Positions 1-9,920 of a DNA stretch of 64,000 nucleotides are shown here, one piece after another. The position numbers and the translations under genes are program-made. The stretch's first letter is position 1; the number at the start of each line of letters is the position of its first letter. The DNA comes from Deltaproteobacteria bacterium (GTDB taxonomy: Bacteria > Desulfobacterota > GWC2-55-46 > DRQE01): assembly GCA_029858205.1 (NCBI GenBank), contig JAOUFM010000003.1, positions 210,936 through 274,935 of the forward strand. Direction: 5' to 3'. The notes below the pieces were generated by a model. That model saw only the letters and a program-made list of their open reading frames with translations, did not search any database and was not told the DNA's origin.

Positions 1-470
1 CGCCTCATACCTTCAGAAAACTCCAAATCATTGCACCAAACATCACAGCCAAACTCTTCATGCACTATCGCCGGGAACGGCGAGCCGGCATTCGCTATAT
101 CCATAACGCGGCTCGTTTTATATAATTTCATAAAATCCGTGGAAATGTAATGTTCGAGGCTTTTTTCAACAAAACCATCCCCATATATGCCCCTGTACGA
201 GGCATAATTGCTTTCGTGCCGCGTTATAAACCTCGCAAAGGCATCGACATCAACGCTATAGTCCACCGGAGGCAAACCAAACTTGACAAACTGCTCATGC
301 ACAGATTCAATATCGCTGGCAAGATCCCCGTCTATGGCTTGCTTTCCGGATTCCATAAAAATTTTGTAATTTTTCCTGGCGGCGACATAGTTACGGGCCT
401 TTTTCAGAAAAAACACCAGGGCCCTTTTAAACTTTCCCCACAAACCGTTCTTATCAGCACGCGTGGTCAC
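1..470 (-). CDS. hypothetical protein, N-terminal part only (gene runs off the window start); possible SAM-dependent methyltransferase
   Basis: Absent from the ORF track because the window edge truncates it. My manual minus-strand translation is open from GTG at 470 (alternative ATG at 356) down to position 1: VTTRADKNGLWGKFKRALVFF...YKTSRVMDIANAGSPFPAIVHEEFGCDVWCNDLEF. The VMDIANAGSP stretch loosely resembles methyltransferase motif I. It is co-directional with the GT gene that ends at 570. Confidence 0.3.
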   Translation of the reverse strand, partial: MTTRADKNGLWGKFKRALVFFLKKARNYVAARKNYKIFMESGKQAIDGDLASDIESVHEQFVKFGLPPVDYSVDVDAFARFITRHESNYASYRGIYGDGFVEKSLEHYISTDFMKLYKTSRVMDIANAGSPFPAIVHEEFGCDVWCNDLEFSEGMR

Positions 471-569
471 GATATCATCCGCTCTCCAGAATCAAGAAAC
501 CCTTTTCGAAAACACCCTGTCACCGCAAACCTGACACAAATCATACGCATCACAAGCCCTTTTACAACC

Positions 570-1817
570 TTATTCAAACCCGAGCCTTTCCAGAACCATC
601 ATCGCTTCTTCCCTGGCCCTGCCGATAGCATAATTATCATTCACCAACTTGTAACACTCTGCGCCTATGGCTGCGGCCTTAGCTTTATCAGTCAATAGTT
701 CGATTGTAGCTGCCGCAAACTCCTCGGGCGTATCGGCAATCAGGATATCCTTGCCGTGCGTAACATTTAACCCTTCCGCCCCGAGCGTCGTTGAAACCAC
801 CGGCACCTTACAGGCCCCGGCCTCCAGAATCTTAAACCTTGTTCCGGATTCGAATTTCAGCGGCACAAGCGCGATATCGACGTTACACAAGTACGGCAGC
901 ACCGATTCTACACGTCCGGCAATCGTTATTCTTTCATCTTTAACATCAGCCAACGTCTCGCAAGAACCGTTGCCAAGAATATAAAAACGCACTTGCGGGA
1001 TATCTTTCCAAACCAGCGGCATAACTTTTTCTATAGTCCAACGCGCGGCCTCTTCCATCGGACTGTTTTTCCCAAAACTGCCCGCCAAGTATACAGACGG
1101 CCTTTGTATACCGGGATTTTCATGACGTCCCGTATAATTAGCCATGTCTATGACATTCGAAAAAAGCATTACTTTATCTTTTCGCTCGGTAAGACCCTGA
1201 TAATACTCTTTATCCACATCAGAGACCGCAGTTGTAATATCGGCCAGGTTGGTCCACTCCGCTTCTTCCTTCTCCTTCGCCCTGCCTGCAGTCTCGGTTT
1301 TTTCTCTCACGTCCTTATCCACATGATACGCCAGGCCCCTTAAAAGAAATCTGGACCACACGCTATCCGTATCCACAACGACCCTGTACGCCGAATTTTC
1401 CTTTATATACTTCATCAAAGGATACGATATGTTCCCAAACCCAAGCCAGATAACATCGGCCTGCACGGAATCGGCCGTACGCAGCAAATCGTCAAAATCC
1501 ATCTTGCTTTCGTAATGCTGCAAAATATTTTTTCCCAATGCCTTGCGCCCAACAATATTTATCCCTCCAACAACTGTTCTGTGCAATTTGTGCCTCTTGC
1601 ATGACGGAGCCATAAAAAACTTTTTACATAATTTTTCATAATATTCCACAGCCCTGTCCCCGCCCATGTTTTCAGGCGTGACCCTTGAATAAAGATACAG
1701 CTCCGAAATGGCATTAAGCGCCTTTACGGAGTTCTCTATCCTCAGATACGGCCCTCCGGTTGCTGGATACCTCAACTCCTGGGTCGTAAAAAGTATTGCC
1801 GGGTTTTTTTTATTCAT
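570..1817 (-). CDS. glycosyltransferase family 1 (GT4-type, GT-B fold)
   Basis: The C-terminal motif FESGTRFKILEAGACKVPVVSTTLGAEGL is typical of the GT1 EX7E region. The track ORF starts at GTG 1847. ATG at 1817 (MNKKNPAILF) has an AAGGGCAGG Shine-Dalgarno-like element upstream and is my preferred start. Confidence 0.8.
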   Translation of the reverse strand: MNKKNPAILFTTQELRYPATGGPYLRIENSVKALNAISELYLYSRVTPENMGGDRAVEYYEKLCKKFFMAPSCKRHKLHRTVVGGINIVGRKALGKNILQHYESKMDFDDLLRTADSVQADVIWLGFGNISYPLMKYIKENSAYRVVVDTDSVWSRFLLRGLAYHVDKDVREKTETAGRAKEKEEAEWTNLADITTAVSDVDKEYYQGLTERKDKVMLFSNVIDMANYTGRHENPGIQRPSVYLAGSFGKNSPMEEAARWTIEKVMPLVWKDIPQVRFYILGNGSCETLADVKDERITIAGRVESVLPYLCNVDIALVPLKFESGTRFKILEAGACKVPVVSTTLGAEGLNVTHGKDILIADTPEEFAAATIELLTDKAKAAAIGAECYKLVNDNYAIGRAREEAMMVLERLGFE

Positions 1818-1864
1818 TATACGCCTGCCCTTATCGCGACCATACACCGTATACTTCGGATCAT

Positions 1865-2764
1865 TTAATACGCAAACAGCAAATAGGGGCGCGGCGGCTC
1901 AAAATAAGCGTACATGCCCCTGAACTCAATATGATAATCGCTTCTGAAAGAGCGTATTATGCGCGCGCACTCCCTGGCGTTCATATAATCGTGGTATATC
2001 GCGACGGCAAGTTTCGGCTTTAGCGATTCGATGGTATTTCGCGCTCCACGCAAGGCTTCCATTTCGTATCCTTCGATATCTATCTTTACTATACCCGGGC
2101 CTTCGACACCGTATTCCCTGACAAGATTATCTATCGTTGTAAGTTCCACCTTCTGCCAGGCATCTTTCGGCGAAGCCTCGGCGACATATGAACTGCAGTT
2201 GCTAACGGCATCTTGATTTATATAACAATGGCCCATACGGCTGCCAAGCGCTTTGGCGACCACTTTATACTTGGATTCCCTTGCCGCTTTCCCGAGGGTC
2301 AATCCCAGGGCCTCTTCCATGGCGGGAAACGGTTCAACAGCTATAAGCATCCCCGCAAAGTTCTTTCTTAAGGCAAAAAGAGAGTAGAATCCTTCGAACG
2401 CGCCGGCATCCATGACCCAGCAAGCAGCAGTCAAATCAAACTGCGGATGGTCGTAAGACGAGGGGTTTTCCCTCCAATCATCAAAGACCTCGTGGTATAG
2501 CCAGGGCAGGTCTCCGGTAGGAATGTTTTTCGGCCAATAAAATTCGATATCGCCAACTCCCAGCAAAAAATGGTTGTCGTCAGCGCCTACGACATTGACC
2601 GGCGGCAGCAGTGCCGCACGCTCCGAAACATAGAGGGCGACATCCTCTCCTGTAAAATCATAGCGCTCGGGCCTGAAATCCTTATACCGGCGCAGGGCCA
2701 GTTCGGCTTCCCATCTGCCACGACAACGTCTATACAGCCTCTGGAGGCCGTTTTTAATCTGCAT
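1865..2764 (-). CDS. FkbM-family methyltransferase
   Basis: Motifs VMDAGAFEGFYSLF and VKIDIEGYEMEAL are FkbM hallmarks. The track ORF extends to 2821. ATG at 2764 (MQIKNG) overlaps the upstream stop as ATGCAGATTAA, which suggests translational coupling. Confidence 0.8.
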   Translation of the reverse strand: MQIKNGLQRLYRRCRGRWEAELALRRYKDFRPERYDFTGEDVALYVSERAALLPPVNVVGADDNHFLLGVGDIEFYWPKNIPTGDLPWLYHEVFDDWRENPSSYDHPQFDLTAACWVMDAGAFEGFYSLFALRKNFAGMLIAVEPFPAMEEALGLTLGKAARESKYKVVAKALGSRMGHCYINQDAVSNCSSYVAEASPKDAWQKVELTTIDNLVREYGVEGPGIVKIDIEGYEMEALRGARNTIESLKPKLAVAIYHDYMNARECARIIRSFRSDYHIEFRGMYAYFEPPRPYLLFAY

Positions 2765-4460
2765 ACTTTTCCCAATCAAGGACATAATCAACGCTGCGCT
2801 TGTTTTCGGCCCATCTGGCAAAGCTTTCTATTTCTGGAGGGTACTCCTCGGCGCCAAGCCGTATCGGCCCCTCCGGCATGCAACAGAGCGAACCGAAAAG
2901 CCGAACCTCCTTGAAACCGCGCCGTATTACCGGTTTAAGCATGCTCAACCTGATCGGTTTCAAGGCAAAAATGGCGTAATAATAATACAGCGCCAACCTG
3001 ATCTTTTCTTCAGTCATCGGCGGGATGTTATGCAGGTTCCTCAAAAGGTCTCTATACTCCTGTCTGCTTTGCGGATCGATTGTAAACCCCAGGCCCGCGT
3101 ACCGTCCGCTTGCCGCGGTTATGACATTATTGCCAAAACACGGCAGCTCCATGCCAATACTGCCCCTGACGGTAATGCCGAAGTCGGAATGTCTGATCCA
3201 CGAAAGCGGGTTAACGGGCGTGGAGGGATAAATCAGCTTCACGTGATCCGGCAGATCGCCAAACGCCTCCATCACTATCCGTGCCTCCTCATATTCGGCT
3301 TTGTCGCGGTATTCCCCGCGCCAGGCATTCGACGGGTGCAGCTTAAGCAGCCAGTTCACGTGCTTGTTCTCGATAGCCACGCCAACGGTATCTACCAGCC
3401 ACTCCGCATAATTCGTATAAAGCTCCTTCTCGAAGAAATACAGTGTGTCGTAGAGAATGTGGCTAAATATCGTCGCAATGCGTTTTTGCGGCGAAAGACC
3501 GTACTTTTCCACCAGATGTTGCCTGCTTGCAAGTTCCGTATTCCGAAAATTGCGCTTTGACAAGTGCCATTTATCGGAATATCTCTCGGCAAAATTAGTT
3601 TCGACAAACTCCCTGACCGCTTCTATTTTTATGTCTTTATCGTTTACGATTCTCTCGAACGTTTCGCTCGTGACGGTATTGTGATGCATGCCGTCGTTTG
3701 CCTTATTTCTTCTCTGTATAAGAACTCTGTCGTCGATGACCGACAAATTCGTCTTTAGCACGTCCACGCCCTTATTGAGCATATAATAATAAAAAATGCC
3801 ATGCTCGTCATGAAAGGCTTCGGAGGTTATGTACACATCGGGTATTTCCAGAAAATCTTGCGCATGATGGGCAAATTTCAGGTTTTGGCAAAGCAGCCTC
3901 CTTATGCCTTCTTTCTCAGCAGCGGAAGCGTAGTCGATATTTCCGCGCAGTTGATACCGTGAATACCCCGATAACGTTATCTTACCTACCGGAAGCCCTT
4001 TATAAGTGAATTCCAGCAACTCCTTCATGTCGCAAGAACCGAGAAGTTCATCCACCTTCTGCAACAATTCTGGCGGCAAATCCTTCTTGTCAAAAAAATC
4101 GTCGATAAACCAAAAATTCCTGCAGCCAAACAGCCTGTAATATTTATTTTGGATAACCGATGTTTTCCTCGTCAACACTATAGGACGGTAACCGTTCCTC
4201 AAAAGCGGTTGAATCAGAACGGACCACCTTGTTGCCCATATAATCTCGTGATCGTTTCCGTCGATCATTACCGTTTTTTGCGGCTCTTGGCAGGCCCCGG
4301 CATCCGCAGTACTCGTGCCGCGCACCAGTTTCGAAAACTCACGAAACTGTATCTCGTCGAATATCCGCTGCCTGCCTCTCCCAAATAGATGCAAAAGATG
4401 CGCTACGGCCATTGCTCCCTTACCTTTTCCCTTGGTCGTCATAAAAGCCGCACACGGCAT
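2754..4460 (-). CDS. capsule-polysaccharide-biosynthesis-like protein (KpsS/Capsule_synth-like; candidate glycosyl or sialyl transferase)
   Basis: 568 aa. The C-terminal pattern LKLHPSN...HSDFGITVRGSIGMELPCFGNNVITAASGRYAGLGF resembles the KxHP...S.G.E....G..V...G...Y pattern I associate with the Capsule_synth family. It sits directly upstream of neuA. The call is tentative. Confidence 0.35.
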   Translation of the reverse strand: MPCAAFMTTKGKGKGAMAVAHLLHLFGRGRQRIFDEIQFREFSKLVRGTSTADAGACQEPQKTVMIDGNDHEIIWATRWSVLIQPLLRNGYRPIVLTRKTSVIQNKYYRLFGCRNFWFIDDFFDKKDLPPELLQKVDELLGSCDMKELLEFTYKGLPVGKITLSGYSRYQLRGNIDYASAAEKEGIRRLLCQNLKFAHHAQDFLEIPDVYITSEAFHDEHGIFYYYMLNKGVDVLKTNLSVIDDRVLIQRRNKANDGMHHNTVTSETFERIVNDKDIKIEAVREFVETNFAERYSDKWHLSKRNFRNTELASRQHLVEKYGLSPQKRIATIFSHILYDTLYFFEKELYTNYAEWLVDTVGVAIENKHVNWLLKLHPSNAWRGEYRDKAEYEEARIVMEAFGDLPDHVKLIYPSTPVNPLSWIRHSDFGITVRGSIGMELPCFGNNVITAASGRYAGLGFTIDPQSRQEYRDLLRNLHNIPPMTEEKIRLALYYYYAIFALKPIRLSMLKPVIRRGFKEVRLFGSLCCMPEGPIRLGAEEYPPEIESFARWAENKRSVDYVLDWEKYAD

Positions 4461-4469
4461 CCGGTGGCG

Positions 4470-5189
4470 TCACGTAGCATATTCCTCTATCCTCACAATT
4501 CCTTTTGTCACAAGCGCTTCGATTAAATACAAATCCATCATGCCATCCAAGTTAACGCTTCTCTCCTTTGGCATGACAAAAGGAAGCGTATGCTCAGGCA
4601 TGAAAGTACGTTCCCTGAGAAGAACGCCTGTATGGGTAATATAAAAGGCCCCGTTCAGGGCGTAAACCTCGGGCAAAGACTGCCTCGCAACCAGGGATTC
4701 CTTTCCGAGATAAGACTTAAGATACCCGCCATCTATCTTCTGTATCTTGTCCGGATGCGGGGAGTCGTGCCTCACGACACTTGCAACGGCATCGGCTTTA
4801 CCGGTATTCTTTTCAAGAAGACCGCAGACCCCCTCCGCGTCGGCAAGGGTTCTAAGCGGGGACGTTGTCTGAAGAAGAAATATATACGCGTCATTTATAC
4901 TCATCTCTTCCATCACATGCAACACAACATCGACGGTTCTTGCCGTATCCGTAGCGAGATGCGCTGGCCTAGGCGCCGGCATATTAACCCCGTATTTCTT
5001 CGCCAACTCATGCATTTCTGCATCATCTGTCGACACAACCACACTGTCCACATACCTGCATGCCTTCGCAAGCTTTATTGTTCTTTCAAGTAACGTATCA
5101 TTTCCAAGGCGGTACAGGTTCTTTCGCGGGATCCCTTTGCTTCCCCCGCGAGCAGGAATAAGAGCATACACTGTTTTACCGTTTAACAT
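4470..5189 (-). CDS. neuA: acylneuraminate cytidylyltransferase (CMP-sialic acid synthetase type)
   Basis: The N-terminal motif ALIPARGGSKGIPRKNL is diagnostic of the CMP-NeuAc/CMP-Kdo-like cytidylyltransferase_3 family. At 239 aa it has no C-terminal esterase domain. Confidence 0.85.
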   Translation of the reverse strand: MLNGKTVYALIPARGGSKGIPRKNLYRLGNDTLLERTIKLAKACRYVDSVVVSTDDAEMHELAKKYGVNMPAPRPAHLATDTARTVDVVLHVMEEMSINDAYIFLLQTTSPLRTLADAEGVCGLLEKNTGKADAVASVVRHDSPHPDKIQKIDGGYLKSYLGKESLVARQSLPEVYALNGAFYITHTGVLLRERTFMPEHTLPFVMPKERSVNLDGMMDLYLIEALVTKGIVRIEEYAT

Positions 5190-6249
5190 TTTTAAATATC
5201 CCTATCATCCTGCTGCCGAGATTATGCCTGTATATATACTCCGGCGTTACAAAATCGAACAATCCGTCAGGGTCTCCATGGCCATGGTACGGGTACTCGC
5301 CTGACATATAGCTCTTTATGTTGTCTATTTCGGTAATTACCGTTTCAAACCGTACGCAATCAAATCCGTGGATTGCCATCAGATGTTTCAAGCTCTTCGG
5401 CGAAAAATGAGACAGATGCTTCCACGCAAACACGGGCGACATCTCCCGCATGAGCCTTGTTGCCAGCGATTCGACATTTGGAACAAGTATGAACAACAAC
5501 CCGCCGTCTTTCAAAAGCCCCTTAACCGCCCTGATTATATTGTGAACATCATAAAGATGTTCGAGCACACTCCACATGGCCACGCAATCATACCCCGAAC
5601 CGAGCCTCGAGGCGTCAAGGGCCTCGAATGTGGAATTTATGAACTGGACCCCTTTTGCATCGGCGTAGATATCGGCATACCTCTCGTTTACATCGACCCC
5701 CACGCAGCTCTTCCAGCCCCTTTCAAACGCAACCTCCAGAAACACTCCAGCGCCGCAACCTATGTCCATTATTTTTTCAATTGACGGAGGATCGAGCTGT
5801 TCTATAAGCTCAAGCCCGTAACTATATTTTATCCTGTCTATTTCCTTTTGAAGCGGTTGGGTATAGATGTCGGAGGCCGTTTTATCGTCGGCATATATCT
5901 TCATGGCCTCGTCAAACTTTACGCGCGGGTTCAAATACCTGTGCGTGCAATCGCAGCACCTATAGATATCGAGGGCAAAGCGCGTAAGAAATTTTTCCCT
6001 GTCCTTCGACGAACACGCCGGGCACGTATCCACATCTTCCCACACCCCACTGATACACTGATAGCGTTCGGCCCCGGTATCTACAACCACCTTCGCATGT
6101 TCTCTTATCAAATATCCGCTCGAAGGCCGCCCTTGCCCTGAACGGTTAGTCTCGGCATGGAACTTCTTAGCGCCAAACCGCAGATTACCATCGAACTCAT
6201 TCTTGGCCTTTACACATTCCTCGAAATTCTTAATATCGATTTTCTTCAT
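5176..6249 (-). CDS. class I SAM-dependent methyltransferase with N-terminal Cys-rich (zinc-ribbon-like) segment
   Basis: SAM motif I is MDIGCGAGVFLE, with downstream YDCVAMWSVLEHL and GGLLFILVPN. The N-terminus carries CPACS...CCDCTH cysteine pairs. Confidence 0.75.
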   Translation of the reverse strand: MKKIDIKNFEECVKAKNEFDGNLRFGAKKFHAETNRSGQGRPSSGYLIREHAKVVVDTGAERYQCISGVWEDVDTCPACSSKDREKFLTRFALDIYRCCDCTHRYLNPRVKFDEAMKIYADDKTASDIYTQPLQKEIDRIKYSYGLELIEQLDPPSIEKIMDIGCGAGVFLEVAFERGWKSCVGVDVNERYADIYADAKGVQFINSTFEALDASRLGSGYDCVAMWSVLEHLYDVHNIIRAVKGLLKDGGLLFILVPNVESLATRLMREMSPVFAWKHLSHFSPKSLKHLMAIHGFDCVRFETVITEIDNIKSYMSGEYPYHGHGDPDGLFDFVTPEYIYRHNLGSRMIGIFKNVKR

Positions 6250-6264
6250 ACCACCCTTTTGTTT

Positions 6265-7065
6265 TTAAATCGGCACGGCAAAAAGATGCACCCGCCTGTC
6301 TATCTCCGTCTTGCCATCATAGACTACCGGCTCCTCATTATCCGCCCATTGAATCCAAACCTTATATTCGGTTATATCGATAAAATCGAGAAGATCCTTT
6401 ATCTTTGCATTATAATTCTGTAAGGCATCGGTATGCACTTCTATTACAAGTTTTGGTTTCCGCTTTAGGATTTCACCGGCCCCGCGCAGCACCTCAACCT
6501 CATACCCCTCCACGTCCACCTTCAATACGGTAGGCTTACAATCCAGATAATCGTCCAGACGCACAGAATCGACCACCAAACCCGTCCCGAAAGCGCTTTT
6601 CATAACAAAAGAATTGGACGTATTCCCGATCCGAAGCCGTCCCGTGACCACACCAACCGCCTTCTCCTCGACAAGTACATTTTTCAGACGATTAATTTCC
6701 ATATTTTTGCGCAAAATACGCGCGTTATTCGGCAACGCTTCGAAGGTAACCACCTTGCCGCTCTCCCCGACCCAGTTCGACAACAATATAGTTGTGCATC
6801 CATGATGCCCACCACATTCAAGAACAACATCTCCCTTGCCAACGATATTATCCCGCACGAACCTCATTTCAATCCAGTCAGGATCGGTACAACCAACATC
6901 GTACCATTCTCGGCCGGACGTATCTCCTATCAGAAAATCAAAAGTAACGCCCTCGATAGTTTTTCTCTTGATGTATGGCCTGAAAAACAAAGCGCGCAAT
7001 TCGCCGATTTTAGATAACATGCCCCAACACAGGCTTCTGAACCAATACAGAAGACTTTTTTTCAT
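6265..7065 (-). CDS. FkbM-family methyltransferase
   Basis: Carries the motifs VVLECGGHHGCTT and VLKVDVEGYEVEVL. Confidence 0.8.
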   Translation of the reverse strand: MKKSLLYWFRSLCWGMLSKIGELRALFFRPYIKRKTIEGVTFDFLIGDTSGREWYDVGCTDPDWIEMRFVRDNIVGKGDVVLECGGHHGCTTILLSNWVGESGKVVTFEALPNNARILRKNMEINRLKNVLVEEKAVGVVTGRLRIGNTSNSFVMKSAFGTGLVVDSVRLDDYLDCKPTVLKVDVEGYEVEVLRGAGEILKRKPKLVIEVHTDALQNYNAKIKDLLDFIDITEYKVWIQWADNEEPVVYDGKTEIDRRVHLFAVPI

Positions 7066-7080
7066 CTATACAATTCTCCT

Positions 7081-7800
7081 TTACTTTATAGCAAGGAACC
7101 CCTCGAAACAAACATATTTAAAAACCGTAATTACATCCACAAATCCGGCGCGCTTTAGCAAGTCGGCATTTCCCTGCGACGAAAACGGCTCCAGAACACC
7201 CTTTAAACTGCGCGCCTTGGACACTATTTCTTCGGCCGTATATCCCTGTCTGAGTTTATATTCATTATACAATCCGGTCATGATATCCTGAAACCGAGCA
7301 TCATTGGCTCTGACCTTTTCAAACAGAATAAAGGCCCCTCCCCAATTGAGGTTTTCATATATGCGGTTAAATATGTCCTGCCTTACGCGCGGCTTTACAA
7401 ACTGCAGTGTGTAGTAGGCCGTAAAGACATCGGCCTTCTCATAGTTATACTGGAATATATCGGCGGCCTCGAACTCGACATTTACAGCACTTGATTGTTT
7501 CTTCTTTTCCAGAGCCATCTTTATCATATCCGGCTCGATATCTATGCCTACGAACCTGGCCTCGGGCTTTGTGCTGTTATGCCGAGCGAGCTTCAGCGTC
7601 AACTCACCTGTCGATGTCCCGAGTTCATAGCATAAAGAATTTTTCCCGACAAAAAAATCGCTCAAATTACAGATCAACTCGTGCCCTTCGTTATAAAAGG
7701 GAACCGACCGCGAAACATGCTCATCGAAATTCTTGGCCACATCTCCTTTGAAGTTCCAGTTCGCATTGGCAGCCGTAAGACCGTCTCCGACACCGGACAT
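7081..7800 (-). CDS. CmoA-family SAM-dependent methyltransferase (carboxy-SAM synthase-like)
   Basis: From ATG 7800 (MSGVGDG..., GGAGAG RBS upstream) the sequence aligns by eye along its length with E. coli CmoA as I recall it. Examples are FDEHVSRSVPFYNEG, YTLQFVKPRVRQDIFNRIYENLNWGGAFILFEKV and the C-terminal FEGFLAIK. The track ORF extends 87 codons further to 8061, but that extension is Arg/Cys-rich and overlaps the next gene. Confidence 0.7.
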   Translation of the reverse strand: MSGVGDGLTAANANWNFKGDVAKNFDEHVSRSVPFYNEGHELICNLSDFFVGKNSLCYELGTSTGELTLKLARHNSTKPEARFVGIDIEPDMIKMALEKKKQSSAVNVEFEAADIFQYNYEKADVFTAYYTLQFVKPRVRQDIFNRIYENLNWGGAFILFEKVRANDARFQDIMTGLYNEYKLRQGYTAEEIVSKARSLKGVLEPFSSQGNADLLKRAGFVDVITVFKYVCFEGFLAIK

Positions 7801-7906
7801 ATTATCTCTCCTCTCTGTCTTCTTTGATATTACACGCTCGCGCAACGGACCACAACAGCGCATTGTCTGCCGCCCTCGCGGTACAAAAACCCTTGCAACA
7901 TGTTTT

Positions 7907-8689
7907 TCACTTAAAGAAATCCGAGCCCAGAATATTATATTTGCCGAGCCTTTCCTCCTGCAATTCAAAGGTTGTAATATCGCCCTTTTTGTCCCAGATA
8001 ATTTCGTACTTTCTGGTAAAATTTCTCTCGAGAAACCGCGCGTTGTTCGTTCTGCCGTCAATTATTATAAAAGTGCCTGGCAGAAAAGTCGGCTCCATCA
8101 ACAGCAAGTCCGCAGACATGACAGTACGCTCATCGCACTGAAAACTCAATCCGTTTACCTGCCCCTGCACGTCCTTGGGCGTCGGTCCGTCTAGATAAAT
8201 AAAATCAGGCACTACATCGGGCAAATTTTTATAATAATGGCAAATTTGCCCGATGTGCGTTCCTATCACAACATCGCTTTGCTGCACATGAACCCTGTCG
8301 CGCAGGTCCTCCGGAATTTTGCCTTTCGTTTGCTCTATCCAATGCATGGACGCGTCGACCGAAAAGATTTTGAACATAAAACGATTTCGTACCTCGGGTT
8401 TGTCCGGCAAGGCATTCCATTCTATTTCGTTCTTCCTTAATGCATCGGCCATAACCATTGTCGAATATCCTATCCCGAACTCCAGCACAGTGAAACACTT
8501 GCGGCTCCTGACAAGTTTATGTAACCGGACCAGGTCCGCAACCTGTAGCGGGAAAGGAAGTATCCTCTTGCCGCTTACGGAATCATAGACATCTCTTTGC
8601 GCGTCGCCGCCCGCCTGGAAATCAATTAATCTATCCAGACCGTTTGCAACGATATATTCATTATCATCCATGTTTTTTCCCAAACTCAT
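7907..8689 (-). CDS. hypothetical protein, possible class I methyltransferase-fold enzyme
   Basis: CFTVLEFGIGYSTMVMA resembles SAM motif I, followed by IYLDGP and FIIIDGRTNNARFL. ATG at 8689 has a GAGAGG RBS. The call is tentative. Confidence 0.35.
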   Translation of the reverse strand: MSLGKNMDDNEYIVANGLDRLIDFQAGGDAQRDVYDSVSGKRILPFPLQVADLVRLHKLVRSRKCFTVLEFGIGYSTMVMADALRKNEIEWNALPDKPEVRNRFMFKIFSVDASMHWIEQTKGKIPEDLRDRVHVQQSDVVIGTHIGQICHYYKNLPDVVPDFIYLDGPTPKDVQGQVNGLSFQCDERTVMSADLLLMEPTFLPGTFIIIDGRTNNARFLERNFTRKYEIIWDKKGDITTFELQEERLGKYNILGSDFFK

Positions 8690-8744
8690 TATTTGCCTCT
8701 CGATTGCCGTATTTATCTAAGCCAACGGCGCACATCGGCTTGTA

Positions 8745-9893
8745 TCACAAATATGCCAATCTTTTTTGGATATAAAGCACCACCTGTGATAATGCCGCAG
8801 CAATTTTCCCGCTGGCAGTACCGTCACCATACAGACTGCTGGGGGTAAATCCGCCCTTACCAAGCTGCTTTTTCACGGCCTCGAATATCAATGTGCGTTC
8901 AGGAGCAACAGGTAACACATTCTCCGCCACTTCGCGCCCGCCCTGCCTGTCCCCCACCAGCACGACCGGAGTTCCAAGAAAGGACGAATCCCGCACAAAA
9001 CTGCTGCTATTACCGATGGCGCACGAAGCATTTGCAAGCACCTTAAGGTAATTTTCCGGAGTAAAATTTTTTATCAAACGAAGCCACTTTGCCTCGCGTT
9101 GCTCACGAAAAGCGCGAATAACCTTGCTCACATGATCGGAGCCGGCATCAATATTAGGCCACAACCATACCGTCGGCATCTTAATCTCGCCCAATGCCGT
9201 AATAAGTTGCAACGTTTCGTCCTTTTCCATCCCATACTCGGTGGTAACCGGATGGAAAACCACCAGCAGATATTTATCCGTAGCTGCTATTTCCCCGCCA
9301 ACACCGCGCGCAAAGATATCGAACGGCAGCTCTTTATTAAGCTTTAATGCTATATCGCCGCTTGGACATCCGACAAAAAACACGGTTTCTGGCCTTTCAC
9401 CCATACTTTTCAAATGCTCGGCAGCCTTGCGCGTGGACGGGAAATGAAAATGCGCGAGTTTCGTAATGGCATGCCTTGCGCTCTCGTCTATAGATCCGCT
9501 GACCTCTCCCCCCTGTATATGCGCAATGCAAATATTCATATATGACGCGGCCAGAGCGGCGGCTAACGCTTCATACCTGTCGCCGATAATGAGAACAATA
9601 TCCGGACGAAGCCTCTGGAATTCGCTCGCGAATTCTATTACGGCAAAACCGAGCGACTTGGCCATCGTCAACGGCGTAGACCCTTCCAGTTCTATATATA
9701 TTTCACTGCTTACATCAAAACCATCGGTTCTGACAATATTTACGGGAGCTCCAAACCGCTCCAAGACCATCGTTCCGGCACATACAACTTGCAGGGCCAG
9801 ATCATCGTTACGTTTCACGGCCTCCATGACAGGCTTGAGCCTTCCATAATTGGCCCTATCAACCAAGATAACGGCAATTTTACGTTTATTCAT
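8745..9893 (-). CDS. neuC: UDP-N-acetylglucosamine 2-epimerase (hydrolysing), NeuC type
   Basis: KIAVILVDRANYGRLKPV, DRYEALAAALAA and HIQGGEVSGSIDESARHAITKLAHFHF are typical of NeuC/hydrolysing epimerases. Confidence 0.85.
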   Translation of the reverse strand: MNKRKIAVILVDRANYGRLKPVMEAVKRNDDLALQVVCAGTMVLERFGAPVNIVRTDGFDVSSEIYIELEGSTPLTMAKSLGFAVIEFASEFQRLRPDIVLIIGDRYEALAAALAASYMNICIAHIQGGEVSGSIDESARHAITKLAHFHFPSTRKAAEHLKSMGERPETVFFVGCPSGDIALKLNKELPFDIFARGVGGEIAATDKYLLVVFHPVTTEYGMEKDETLQLITALGEIKMPTVWLWPNIDAGSDHVSKVIRAFREQREAKWLRLIKNFTPENYLKVLANASCAIGNSSSFVRDSSFLGTPVVLVGDRQGGREVAENVLPVAPERTLIFEAVKKQLGKGGFTPSSLYGDGTASGKIAAALSQVVLYIQKRLAYL

Positions 9894-9920
9894 ATAATAT
9901 CCGGCTCCACCTCGCTACAC

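Noticed and set aside
150-698. 182-aa plus-strand ORF at the window start
   Set aside because: It has no recognisable motif and an Ile/Phe/Pro/Arg-rich composition. It is antisense to a better-supported minus-strand reading frame (1-470) and to the 3' end of the GT1 gene, so it is a likely shadow ORF.
7801-8061. 87-codon N-terminal extension of the CmoA-like ORF in the track
   Set aside because: The extension (MTAERTTRGFSREILPES...RRDN) overlaps the 3' end of the upstream gene and has no similarity to the CmoA N-terminus. The internal ATG at 7800 has a GGAGAG RBS and begins where the CmoA similarity starts.
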